A stretch of 64,000 bases of DNA from Eledone cirrhosa (GCA_964016885.1 OZ024763.1:16802001-16866000); one strand, 5' to 3'. Shown: positions 12,766 to 25,292, numbered from the stretch's first letter. Made by a program: numbers and translations. Notes: generated by a model from the sequence alone, not told the origin.

Positions 12766-15228
12766 CATCATCATCATCATCATCACCGTTTTATGTCTGT
12801 TCTTCTACGCTAGCATGGGTTAGACGGGTTGTCCTGTTGTGGGCAGTGTCTGGTCGGCTGACCATGCCTTGCTCATACAGGAACTGATCTGGCTTGATTT
12901 CTACAGCTGGATGCCCTTCCTAACACCCACCTCTCAGTTACAGTGAGTGCTGGGTGCTTTTTCGAGGCGCCTACACGTCCACTTTACAGTGTGGGCTGGG
13001 TCCTTTTTTGCCGTGGCACCTCCACGACCACCTTGCAGTGGGAGGGTGTGGGGACATATTGTCTATATGCTTCAGCTTGTACCCATGGGAGGTCGGGTAC
13101 TCTGTATTACTGCGTGACGCCAGAGGTCACGGTCGTGTGTCATCGCCTTTGAGAGGTGTAATTGGGTAAGGTCGGCTTTTATCACCTCATCCCAGGTCAT
13201 CTTGGGTCTCCCCACTCCGCAGTTTCCATCGACTTCTAGTGCTTTGCACCTTTTTATGCAGCTGTCATCCTTCATATGCATCTTATGCATATGAAGATTC
13301 CTCTTATGCTCAGTCTCTCTCTCAATTCATTTATGCTTTGTCGTTCGCGTATATTACTATTACACATCCATTGGAGCATGCAGGCTTCGTTTCTCTCTAA
13401 TCTACGTAAGTCTTCCACCTTCAGTGCCCAGGTCTGACTACCATGTAACATTGCTGTTCGGATACACGCATCATACAGTCTGCCTTTCATTTTTAGGGAG
13501 AAGCCTTTTGCAGCTAGCAGCGGTAGTAGTTTCCTGAACTTCTTCCATCCCGTTCTTACCCTAGTTATTGTACTTTCTGAACACCCACTCCACTGCTAAT
13601 TCGGTCACCTAGTTAGCAGAAGCTGTCTACTGTCTCTACAGAGCCCTCCCAGAGATTGGTGGTACTTGCTTGCTGTCCCAGTACAGCTGCTGCATGTGAA
13701 GCCTACATTCTTAATTAAGCTTCCTGAGATCCTGCTACATCTCTTGTGTACCCATTGTTTGCATTTGGGGCAGAAAATGGAGTTCCTACCTACACCTTTC
13801 CTACATACTGAGCAAGGCCATTTCACTGAGGGGATCTGGGTTCTGTTTTCTCGTCTACTTACAAGGACCTTAGTCTTTGTCATGTTGACTTTGAGACCCT
13901 TTCTTTCTAGTCCCTGTTTCCAAGTTTGGAATTTCTTCTCTAGTTCTACCATAGATTCAGCTATAAGTGCGAGGTCATAAACATACAGGAGTTCTCATGG
14001 GCATCCGGTCTTAAACTCCTCCGTTATTGCCTGCAGGACTATGATGAACAGGAGAAGGCTAAGAACAGAGCCCTGGTGGACCCCAACCTGTACGCTAAAT
14101 TCCTCGCTATACTCATTGCTAATCCTAACTTTGCTGACTGCTCCCCTATACATGGCTTGTACAGCTTTCACAAGCCATTCATCTACTCCTAGTTTTCTAA
14201 GAGCCCACCAGATTACAGCATGTGTAACTCTGTCAAAGGCTTACTCGAGATCGACGAATGCCAGGTAGAGTGGCTTACTTTTAGCTAGGTACTTTTCCTG
14301 TAACTGCCTGACAAGGAAGAGGGCATCAGTGGTGCCTCTTCCTGGTACAAACCCAAATTGCATGTCATCTAGTTTCACCCGCTCCCTAATCAACTGTGCT
14401 ATAACTCTTTCTGTTACTTTCATGACCTGGTCCATCAGCTTCATACCTCTATAGTTTCCTCTATCTAATGCATCACCTTTACCTTTGTAGCAGTTGACAA
14501 TGATGCTACTGCACCAATCTTTTGGTATGACGCCTTCTAGTATTACCTGGTTAACAATACGTGTGGTTATAGTGTGACCTACAGACCCAGATGCCTTCAG
14601 CATAGATACCGGCAGCTATACCCGATGGACCGGTTGGCTTCCCCATCTTCATATCTTTGATTGCCTTACTTACTACGCTGCTGCTGACTTGTACTGCTGG
14701 CCCCTCTATAGGGTCTACTTGGTGTAGGGTCTCTTCTTCCCATGCATTCTCCTCATTTAGTAATCTATCATAATGACTCTTCCATGCATCTTTCTTCTCA
14801 GAACTTGTGGGGGCAAGCTCACCTTTATCATTCCAGATACACTTCTCTCCAATGACATCACAATTCTCTCTGACACACTGCCTCGCAATCTTGAACACCT
14901 CCTGTTTCTGGTCCTCACGTTGCAAAACATGCTTGAATTTTCTATCCTCTGCTTCCCTCCTAGCTAAGTATACTTGTCGCCTAGCTTCCCTCTTGGTCTC
15001 TATGTAATGTACCCTGCTCCCCCCCGTTCTTCCATTCTTTCCATGCCTGTCTCTTGGCCTTAACTGTTCCACCACCAAGTCACTCTGCTCCTGCTTGTGG
15101 TCTTACTCCAGCCACAGACCTCATCCGTCGCCTCTAGTAAGTTATTTTTTAGGAACTCCCAGTGCTCTTCTACATTGAATGTCTGTATCTGTTCTTCTTT
15201 ACTGTCGTAGGCATTGAGTAAAATATCT
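12766..15228 (-). pseudogene. Degenerate 5'-truncated RTE-clade LINE (RT plus Cys-rich PHD-like finger)
   Basis: Frameshifted peptides: KGKGDALDRGNYRG, QFGFVPGRGTTDA, LYLAFVDLE, a mutated catalytic motif (ELLYVYD, expected YADD), WPCSVCRKGVGRNSIFCPKCKQWVHKRC and MLHGSQTW; 3' UTR with (GAT)n tail. Confidence 0.95.
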
Positions 15229-15692
15229 GTTCTTCTTTACTGTCTGCTATCTTTTTCTTTTTATCAATTTATCTATCAATATATTTATCTATCTGTCCAT
15301 CTATCTATCTGTCTGTCTGTCTAAGTATCTATTGGCTGAGTGTGTTCATTTGCAAATTGTGAAAACTTGATTGGATAGGATCAATTAGCATATGCAAATG
15401 AGCACATCCAGCCAATAAATAGACAGATCCACAATATAAAAATTGTACTCTGAACTGTACAGTTTCATTGCCACATCCTCATCTTACGTACAGCAGATGC
15501 TTCAGTAATCACTACACACAGAATCCATGCAATATCAAAGTCTACATGACTAGGACTAACATTGTAAATCATTGATGGAGTTCAGTCCTAATAGTGATAG
15601 GATTTATTTGAAAGACTACTAGAGTCAAAGTAGAGCTTCACAGTGGCAGTGATAGCAGTATTATACTGGGGCAGAATTACGTGACTTTTTAA

Positions 15693-16105
15693 CCCTTTAG
15701 CATTTACATTACTCTATATATATACTACTGCATTTTTGTGGTACAGGCTTTATCTTACATAATTATCTCACATAATATAGAAGTACCTACAAGTAAAGGC
15801 TTTACCTCACATAATATAAAATCTACGAGATTTTGATATTATTTCAGGGAACTATACCTTAATGTCAGTATGACATATTACTATATTACTACTGCATTTT
15901 TGTGGTACAGGCTTTATCTTACATAATTATCTCACATAATATAGAAGTACCTACAAGTAAAGGCTTTACCTCATATAATATAAAATCTACGAGATTTTGA
16001 TATTATTTCAGGGAACTATACCTTAATGTCAGTATGAGTGGGCAGTTTGAACAGAAAGAGGTGAGATAGTACTGGTCAGTTATGTCTGGTTTTAATGCTA
16101 AAGGG
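15693..16105. mobile_element. piggyBac-type MITE
   Basis: TTAA|CCCTTTAGCATT ... AATGCTAAAGGG|TTAA terminal inverted repeats with TTAA duplication; internal ~160-bp direct duplication. Confidence 0.85.
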
Positions 16106-16604
16106 TTAAAGAAGAATTCAATAGAATCCTTCCATTAGGGATAAAGACATTATTGGTGGTAAAATTCTAATAGTTGGAGATACTCTGAGACTCTCAACCT
16201 GACCAGTTGTGCATATCACAAAGACATAACTGTGAAAATACATATAATTCAATCTAATATCAAAGAAATACTTTTTTGACTTATGATTAAAATCATGTTT
16301 GTCACCTGGGAGAAGTTAGTAATAAAGTATAATGAACTGTGGAGTTTACATTATGTCAAGCACAGCCATCATCCACTCAATGAATTTACCAAAAATGTAT
16401 ATGTATACATATGAGTGTGTCTGTCTGTGTGTATGTATTACATATGTATGTACATATGTATGTGTGTGTGTGTATGTGTGTGTGTGTATACACACACCTT
16501 TGACTTTGATTCCTGAATACTTTGGACCTGAATAATTCAAGCTTGATGCACTTTACCAAAATATTAGGGGATTATTCCACTAACATTAACTCCCTCTCTC
16601 TCTC

Positions 16605-16658
<54 letters not shown>

Positions 16659-16699
16659 TACATATATATATATATATATATATAAGTATATATTTATAT

Positions 16700-16730
<31 letters not shown>

Positions 16731-16835
16731 AATACGCATACATATATATATATAAATACGCATATATATATATGTACATATATGTATGTATGTATATATA
16801 TATATATATGTGTATATATGTATATAATATATATG

Positions 16836-16888
<53 letters not shown>

Positions 16889-16961
16889 CCAAAGATTAAT
16901 AAAACGTACGTAAACACCATTGTACCTTTGAAATATGTATAATAAAATATATATGTATATA

Positions 16962-16994
<33 letters not shown>

Positions 16995-17017
16995 ATATAT
17001 ATATGTATATATATATG

Positions 17018-17052
<35 letters not shown>

Positions 17053-17059
17053 GTATATA

Positions 17060-17330
17060 TCATCATCATCATCATCATCGTTTAACGTCCATCTTCCACG
17101 CTTGCATGGGTTTGGACGGGAGTTTTCCCACTTGAGGCAAGAGTGGTTGTCTTGCTCGTATAGGACTGTCTGGCGGGTTTTCTACAGCTGGATGCCCTTC
17201 CTAACACCAACCACGTTTACAGTGTGGACTGGGAGGTTTTTACCGTGTTACCTACACGGCCACATTACAGCGTGGACTGTGTGTTTTTTTTTCGTGACAC
17301 CTACACGACCTCATTTATTTCGGACTGGAT
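17060..17330 (-). mobile_element. RTE-derived 3' UTR element, family C
   Basis: Reverse-complement match to 26500-26798. Confidence 0.85.
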
Positions 17331-17464
17331 GTATATATATATATATATATGATTTATATATATATATATATATATATCATCATCATCATCATCATATATA
17401 TATTTATATATATATATATATATATGATGATGATGATATATATATATATACATATATGTATATA

Positions 17465-17496
<32 letters not shown>

Positions 17497-17541
17497 GGCA
17501 TACATATATAAATATATGTACATATATTTATATATGCATAC

Positions 17542-17573
<32 letters not shown>

Positions 17574-17600
17574 TTATATATGCATACATATATAAATATA

Positions 17601-17645
<45 letters not shown>

Positions 17646-17765
17646 TCCCAACCAATCCCGCATCAAATGGAACAAAACCGTCTAACCCATTCTGGCGTGG
17701 AACATGGACATTAAATGATGATGATGATATATATATATATACACACATATATATATATATATATA

Positions 17766-18142
17766 ACAATGACACACGACCGTGACTTCTGGCGTCACGC
17801 AGTAATACAGAGTACCCGACCTCCCATGGGTACATGCTGAAGCATATAAACAATATGCCCCCACACCCCCCACCGCAAGGTGGTCGTGGAGGTGCCACGG
17901 CAAAAAAGCACCTAGCCCCACACTGTAAAGTGGACGTGTAGGCGCCACGAAAAAGCACCCAGCACTCACTGTAAATGAGGTTGGTGTTAGGAAGTGCATC
18001 CAGCTGTAGAAATCAAGCCAGATCAGTTCCTGTATGAGCAAGGCATGGTCAGCCGACCAGACACTGCCCACAACAGGACAACCCGTCTAACCCATGCTAG
18101 CGTGGAAGAACGGACGTAAAATGGTGATGATGATGATGATGA
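17766..18142 (+). mobile_element. RTE-1 LINE 3' end
   Basis: Matches 8167-8538 and the reverse complement of 12790-13145. Confidence 0.88.
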
Positions 18143-18527
18143 TAAAATAAAGTACCAGTAATGCACTGGGATAATTGCTGGCCTTGTGCCTAAAGTAGAG
18201 ACAATTATGTAAAACATTGCACTTCTTCAGAAAGAGTTCATAATCGAAGGTTGTTGTATCTTTCAGTTAGGAATTTTCTTAGAGGGGAAGTCGATTAAAT
18301 TGATCCCAGTACATTACTGGTACTTTATTTTATCGACCCCGTAAGGATGAAAGGCAAAACTAACCTCGGCGGGATTTGAAATCAGAATATAAAGGGTTGT
18401 AACTCTATGCCACAAAAAATTTCATAATAATTGTTTCTACTTTTGGCACAAGGCCAGCAATTTCCCAGTACATTACTGGTACTTTATTTTATCGACCCCG
18501 AATTTTATAATAATATTAGTCGGTGGT

Positions 18528-19658
18528 AGGAAGTGATCAGGTGAAGGTCTTATGGGATTTCAGGATACAAAACAGAAAATCCATTAGAATGTAATATACC
18601 TGGCATAGGGGCTTTTGTCAAGGAAAAAAGATCCTGTTTGATTATAGATCTAGCTTGCCCCTTTGACACAAGAGTACAACAAAAGGAGAAGGAGAAAATT
18701 TGACTGTGCCAGTATCTAAAGTGGGAATTGAAAAGGATTAGGGACTGTCATGAAATCAAAGTTGTCCCCATTGTGATAGGAGCACTAGGTACTATCTCAA
18801 AGTGTTTCCAAGGCTGGTTAAATAACACTAGCCCAGACCCCTTTTTTTGGAACACTTCAACAAAAAACATGCCTTCTGGGAACAGCAAGGACCCTGAAAA
18901 GGATTAGGGACTGTCATGAAATCAAAGTTGTCCCCATTGTCATTGGAGCACAATGTACTATCTCAAAGTGTTTCCAAGGCTGGTTAAATAACATTAGCTC
19001 AGAGCCCTTTTTTTGGAACACTTCAACAAAAAACATGCCTTCTGGGAACAGCAAGGACCCTGAAAAGGATTAGGGACTGTCATGAAATCAAAGTTGTCCC
19101 CATTGTCATTGGAGCACAAGGTACTATCTCAAAGTGTTTCCAAGGCTGGTTAAATAACATTAGCTCAGAGCCCTTTTTTTGGAACACTTCAACAAAAAAC
19201 ATGCCTACTGGGAACAGCAAGGACCCTGAAAAGGATTAGGGACTGTCATGAAATCAAAGTTGTCCCCATTGTCATTGGAGCACAAGGTACTATCTCGAAG
19301 TGTTTCCAAGGCTGGTTAAATAACATTAGCCCAGACCCCTTTTTTTGGAACACTTCAACAAAAAACATGCCTACTGGGAACAGCAAGGACCCTGAAAAGG
19401 ATTAGGGACTGTCATGAAATCAAAGTTGTCCCCATCATCATAGAAGCACAAGGTACTATCTCGAAGAGGTTCGAAGGCTGGTTAAAGAAGAATAGTCCAG
19501 CCCCCCTTTTTTGGAACACTTCAAAAAGCATGCTTGCTGGACACAGCAAGGACCCTCTGAAACGTCCTGAATATCTGAGGCTGCAGGTAGCGACTTGATG
19601 TTCATTTGAACAAACTTTCATCAATGACTGAGATATCAAAGTAATAATAACAATAATA
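18528..19658 (+). pseudogene. Dong/R4-type non-LTR retrotransposon 3' remnant (restriction-like endonuclease domain) with a five-copy 166-bp internal tandem repeat
   Basis: Translates in pieces to KVLWDFRIQ, CLIIDLACPFDTRVQQKEKEKI, IKVVPIVIGALGTI and CLLGTAR. Repeat starts at 18730, 18896, 19062, 19228 and 19394; (TAA)n-like tail. Confidence 0.82.
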
Positions 19659-19659
19659 T

Positions 19660-20130
19660 TAATTGTTTCTACTTTTGGCACAAGGCCAGCAATTACCCCA
19701 GTGCATTACTGGTACTTTATTTTATCAACCCTGTAATAATTGTTTCTACTTTAGGCACAAGGCCAAGAATTACCCCAGTGCATTACTGGTACTTTATTTT
19801 ATCGACCCCGTAAGGATGAAAGGCAAAGTTAACCTTGGCAGCATTTGAACTCAGAAAATAAAGGGTCATAACTCTATGCTGCAAAGCATGGCGTCAGATG
19901 CTCTACCAGTACTGCCAATCCACCGCCCTAATAATAATTATTTGTACTTTTGGCACAAGGCCAGCAATTATCCCAGTGTATTACTGGTACTTTATTTTAT
20001 CGACCCCGTAAGGATGAAAGGCAAAGTTAACCTCGGCGGGATTTGAACTCAGAATGGAAAGGGCTGTAACTCCATGCGTAAAAGCATGGCGTCCGACCCT
20101 CTACCGATTCTGCCAATCCACTGCCCCTGC
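19660..20130 (-). mobile_element. Cluster of family B SINEs
   Basis: One partial and two near-complete reverse copies. Confidence 0.88.
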
Positions 20131-20319
20131 AATAATACTGCCCTAATAATAATAATAATGATTTCATTTATTGGCCACAAGGGCCAACATGAAGGGGACA
20201 ATACAAAGACAGGGACAGTGGGGGTAATGACAATAAGGTCCAGTAAAAGTGCACAATGGCAAGACTAATTTAACAATGAAGATAGAAAAAAAATATAAAA
20301 TAAACTATGCAATATTAAT

Positions 20320-20825
20320 AATTGTTTCTACTTTTGGCACAAGGCCAGGAATTATCCCAGTGCATTACTGGTACTTTATTTTATCGACCCCGTAAGGATG
20401 AAAGGCAAAGTTAACTGCGGCGGGATTTTAACTCAGAATGGAAAGAGCCGTAACTCTATGCTGGAAAGCATGGCGTCCGACCCTCTACCGATACTGCCAA
20501 TTCACCCCCCTAACATGGCGTCCGACCCTCTACCGATACTGCCAATTCACCCCCTAACATGGCGTCCGACCCTCTACCGATACTGCCAATTCACCCCCCT
20601 AACATGGCGTCCAACCCTCTACCGATACTGCCAATTCACCCCCCTAACATGGCGTCCGACCCTCTACCGATACTGCCAATTCACCCCCCTAACATGGCGT
20701 CCGACCCTCTACCGATACTGCCAATTCACCCCCCTAACATGGCGTCCAACCCTCTACCGATACTGCCAATTCACCCCCCTAACATGGCATCCGACCCTCT
20801 ACCGATACTGCCAATGCACCGCCCC
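20320..20825 (-). mobile_element. Family B SINE whose 5' 45 bp is tandemly amplified ~8 times
   Basis: Unit CATGGCGTCCGACCCTCTACCGATACTGCCAATTCACCCCCCTAA at ~20470-20825. Confidence 0.9.
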
Positions 20826-21449
20826 TGCAATAATAATAATAACAATAATTAAGATATCTTTTATTGGCTATAAGAACTAAAGACATTGAGGATGATACGA
20901 GAATGAAACACACAAACACATATATGTATCACCTTCATTTTACATCTGCTGTTCTCAGTAAACCATCTCTCCCCCGTGTCACATTCCTTGGTTTTGCATG
21001 ATTTCATTGAGAGAATTAAACCGTGCGAAACCAATTTGCCGGTTTGAGAGCTGATGATGGTGAAGATGTGTGTGTAAACTTGTCTTGATTATCGCCTTTC
21101 TTTATTTCCTTCTTCCTGTCACTTCTCTACACCAACACACTTCTACTTCTCCTCCTCCTCTTCCAATCTTTTCTATATTTCATCTGCCTGTCACCCACCT
21201 TGTGGATTAACTCTCTGTTGACAACTGGATGCTGGTCTCTGTCAACTGAGGCATTTTTGCCCATTGCTGTCTTTGACAGCATTTAGGTGTTTTAACGACT
21301 GTTCTAGCGATGAGTTTTTTTTTTCATTTTTATATATATTCAAATACACTCTAGCTTTGTCTCAATCAGATACAACATTGTTTTATCAGATTGTTGCCAT
21401 TTCTATTATTGATCTATATGTAAGCTGATATCTTCTGAAAATAAGAAAA

Positions 21450-21643
21450 TAAACTCTGAGGATGCCGATTTTGAATCTGTTCCCAATGGTCGAGGTATAA
21501 AAACATGAAAAAATTTAAATAAAAAAGATTTTCTTAGAAAGAAAAAAACAAAAGGTTTTTCTTAGGAAAAATCTAAACTTTCTAATTTTATAATCTCACA
21601 TCTTCGGGATGAATCTCTGACAGATGAAACATGTGTTAGTTTA
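21450..21643 (+). ncRNA. Type I hammerhead ribozyme motif with ~160-nt stem II
   Basis: Stem I TAAACT/AGTTTA; CTGAGGA at 21456; GAAA at 21626; stem III ACATGTGT; cleavage triplet GUU. The insert contains self-complementary blocks (AAGAAAAAA/TTTTTTCTT, TATAAAA/TTTTATA). Confidence 0.6.
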
Positions 21644-21779
21644 ACAACATATAGACTCTTTGGGGCTTCTTATTCTTTATATATCAGCTCTGCATGAACT
21701 GCATTGAGCTTTAAACTTTCTGGTCAGGTTTATACCCCATAATAGCAACACTGTTATTATTATTATTAATGTTATAAAA

Positions 21780-21968
21780 GCGGTGGATTGGCAGTATCGG
21801 TAGAGGGTCGGACACCATGCTTTGACACAGTGTTACGGCCCTTGCCATTCTGAGTTCAAATCCCGCTGAGGTTAACTTTGCCTTTCATCCTTACGGGGTC
21901 GATAAATTAAAGTACCAGTAATGCACTGGGATAATTGCTGGCCTTGTGCCAAAAGTAGAAACAATTAT
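21780..21968 (+). mobile_element. Family B SINE
   Basis: Full-length copy. Confidence 0.9.
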
Positions 21969-21991
21969 TGTTAATGCCATATACATATTCT

Positions 21992-22029
21992 TTCTTCTGA
22001 TGAAGGATAGCGGTCCGAAACGTTAAGAA
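21992..22029 (+). ncRNA. Minimal type I hammerhead ribozyme motif
   Basis: TTCTT-CTGATGA-A-GGAT-AGCG-GTCC-GAA-ACGT-T-AAGAA: perfect stem I, 4-bp stem II, palindromic minimal stem III. Confidence 0.75.
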
Positions 22030-22139
22030 CCTCTTCCTGCTATTTCAGGCGTTAACCTAATATATTCCTCCAATATACTGTACCGATTGTGTTGTTATAT
22101 CTGTTTACCTTTTACATTTATATATATATATATATATAT

Positions 22140-22485
22140 GGAAGCACATGGCTTAGTGGTTAGAGCATTGGCCTTGCAATCGAAAGGTTGTGAGTTCAAT
22201 TCTGAGCCCGGGTGATGTGTTGTTTCCTTGAGCAAGACACTTTATTTCACATTGCTCCAGTTTACTCAGCTGTAGAAATGAGATGATAGGGACTGGGGTC
22301 CCTATCATTCCACTGCAAAGTGGTCGTGGAGGTGCCACGGCAAAAAAGCACCCAGCACTCACTGTAAATGAGGTTGGTGTTAGGAAGGGCATCCAGCTGT
22401 AGAAATCAAGCCAGAATCAGTTCCCGTCCCACCCTTGCAAGCAGGGAAAAAGCGGACGTAAAATGAAATGATGATGATGATGATA
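22140..22485 (+). mobile_element. Family A SINE
   Basis: Near-identical to 6807-7142. Confidence 0.9.
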
Positions 22486-22647
22486 TATATATATCCCAAC
22501 ACTGTAAATGTGGTTGGTGTTAGGAAGGGCATCCAACTGTAGAAAACCCGCCAGACAGTCCTATGCGAGCAAGACAATCACTCTTGCCTCAAGGGGGAAA
22601 ACTCCCGTCCAAACCCATGCAAGCGTGGAACACAGACGTTAAACGAC

Positions 22648-22686
<39 letters not shown>

Positions 22687-22846
22687 ATATATATATATAT
22701 AGAGAGAGAGAGATAGATTGATATATAAATAGAGGGATAGATAGATAGATATGTGTGTGTATATATAAATGTATTTTTTTTTAAATATAGAAATGGCTTC
22801 TACAGGACTAGAACTGTTTCATTCGAAGGAAATCATCAGGAAAGCC

Positions 22847-22896
22847 GCTTTCCTGATGATTTCCTTCGAATGAAACATTTCTAGTCCTGTAGAAAC
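22847..22896 (+). ncRNA. Hammerhead motif in the right arm of the 22778-22913 palindrome (mirror copy on the minus strand at ~22796-22845)
   Basis: GCTTTC-CTGATGA-T-TTC-CTTC-GAA-T-GAA-ACA(G/T)-loop-CTGT-A-GAAAC/GAAGC. Confidence 0.6.
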
Positions 22897-22981
22897 CATT
22901 TGTATATTAAAAATTTATACTCTGGTATGTATTGAGTACCTTACTTACTGTGGTTACCTCCGATTCAACACGGGACACACG

Positions 22982-23055
<74 letters not shown>

Positions 23056-23183
23056 TATATATAGAAAACCCGCCAGACAGTCCTATGCGAGCAAGACAAC
23101 CACTCTTGCCTCAAGTGGGAAAACCCCCGTCCAAACCCATGCAAGCGTGGAACACGGACGCTAAACCTGATGATGATGATGAT

Positions 23184-23219
<36 letters not shown>

Positions 23220-23281
23220 TATATATATACACACATGTATATATATATATATATGTCACACATATATATATATATATATGT

Positions 23282-23389
<108 letters not shown>

Positions 23390-23522
23390 TATATATACAC
23401 ATATATATATATATATACACACATATACATATATATATATATATATATATGTAGCACTCTGCAGTTTGTAGGACTGGAGTATAAATAACATAAGATCAAA
23501 AGATGGTTAAAAGAGTTCCAAG

Positions 23523-23593
23523 TATTTTATTATGCGCATTTCAAAAACAAATATCATCATGGGATGATATCTGCGTTTTCATCAGATAAAATA
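23523..23593 (-). ncRNA. Type I hammerhead ribozyme motif (left arm of inverted repeat)
   Basis: Exact reverse complement of 23802-23872. Confidence 0.8.
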
Positions 23594-23801
23594 GGGATAC
23601 ATGATATGAAGCTTAAAAAACACTTGTTATACTCCTCCCCCACCATTCTTTACTCTCATCCCCTCCTCTTCCTTACCTTTTTCAACCCCCCCCCCCCTCA
23701 CTTTTTCCCAATCTCATACATCAATCTTAAATTATTTTTCATATGTTGATTTAAAACTTCACTATTCACAAGTGTTTTTTAAGCTTCATATCATGTATCC
23801 C

Positions 23802-23872
23802 TATTTTATCTGATGAAAACGCAGATATCATCCCATGATGATATTTGTTTTTGAAATGCGCATAATAAAATA
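23802..23872 (+). ncRNA. Type I hammerhead ribozyme motif (right arm of inverted repeat)
   Basis: Stem I TATTTTAT/ATAAAATA; CTGATGA at 23810; stem II GCAGATATCATC/GATGATATTTGT; GAAA at 23853; palindromic stem III ATGCGCAT; cleavage triplet AUA. Confidence 0.82.
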
Positions 23873-23907
23873 CTTGGAACTCTTTTAACCATCTTTTGAT
23901 CTTATAT

Positions 23908-23939
<32 letters not shown>

Positions 23940-23968
23940 AGTATATATAAATATATATATATATATGT

Positions 23969-24013
<45 letters not shown>

Positions 24014-24144
24014 GATAAATCTACCAAAAGTTTACGGTAGTGTCCAATCCGTATGAAGAACTCAATGTAATCCGGATATCATGAAAAGAGAAGATGCATT
24101 CAAAAACTACTTTCGGTGAAAAATAAACGGAAAACAGAGTCAAG

Positions 24145-25085
24145 ATAAATTAATAAAATAATGAATAAACAAAGAAACAGTTCCTTATATTAAAAAAATT
24201 CATCATTTTACGATCGTTTCTAGGATATATATGTGTTAGAGTTGGTATGCATATTCTATAGATCTATGTACAATATTTATACAAACTATCAGAGGGAATA
24301 TACATACCTACACATATATATGCTGTCTTCAGAAATAATGATATTTGTTTATTGAAAAAAACAAAGATTCAATACAATAGGTCTGTTTGGGAACAGGTTT
24401 TGAATTGACCAATAGAGAGATAGTGAGGGTCAGGATAGTAATATAGTAGTAGAAGAACCTTAAATTATGGGTAGAGGAAGGTAGATTTCAGTTTTGGATG
24501 GAAAAGAATATTATGAATGAAGGATTATTTTAGGGAAGAAATAGGTCTTATGCTGACCTCAGAAATAATTTTATATTTTCATTGAATAAAACCAACAAAG
24601 ATCTAATATATTCTGTCTGTTTGGTAAGAGGTTTAGAATTAACCAATAGAAAGTTAATAATTGGCCAAATGGTAAAATAGTAGTAATTGAAGCTTATTTT
24701 AGGGGTGAAAATAGGTCAGGTGGTCAGTAAAAGGTATACAAGCAGTTGCTGTTATAAAATAGTAATGCCAATACAAATATCTAAGGTGACTAAAGTTTTA
24801 AGATAAGAATGTTAGTGAAAAAAATACATCTATGAAAAGAATATAAATTAATTTAATTGATGGGTATATTTATATTGATAAAATTATACTAATACATATA
24901 GATATGATAAATAAGAGTTAGATGCAGTTGAAAAGTGTGGATAGTTTAAATAAATATTGTACATAGATCTATAGAATATGCATACCAACTCTAACACATA
25001 TATATCCTAGAAACGATCGTAAAATGATGAATTTTTTTAATATAAGAAACTGTTTCTTTGTTTATTCATTATTTTATTAATTTAT
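24145..25085. repeat. Inverted repeat, ~135-bp arms (24145-24280 / 24950-25085)
   Basis: Arms are reverse-complementary with about one mismatch and carry the 3' half of the hammerhead. Confidence 0.9.
24201..24340 (-). ncRNA. Type I hammerhead motif with ~105-nt stem II
   Basis: On the minus strand: CATTATTT-CTGAAGA-[ATATATATGTGT/ACACATATATAT, GGTATGTATATTC/GAATATGCATACC]-GAA-ACGATCGT-A-AAATGATG. Confidence 0.72.
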
Positions 25086-25101
25086 ATATATTTTATATAA
25101 G

Positions 25102-25292
25102 GGTGGTGGCTTGGCAGTAGTATCGGTAGAGGGTCGGACGCCATGCTTTCCAGCATAGTTACGTCCCTTTGCGGTCTGAGTTCAAATCCCACCGAGGTTA
25201 ACTTTGCCTTTCATCCTTACGGGGTCGATAAAATAAAGTACCAGTAATGCACTGGGTAATTGATGGCCTTGTACCAAAAGTAGAAACAATTA
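25102..25292 (+). mobile_element. Family B SINE
   Basis: Full-length copy. Confidence 0.88.

Noticed and set aside
20930-21320. Unique-looking sequence as a possible minus-strand exon
   Set aside because: Only short frames are present and there is no recognisable homology.
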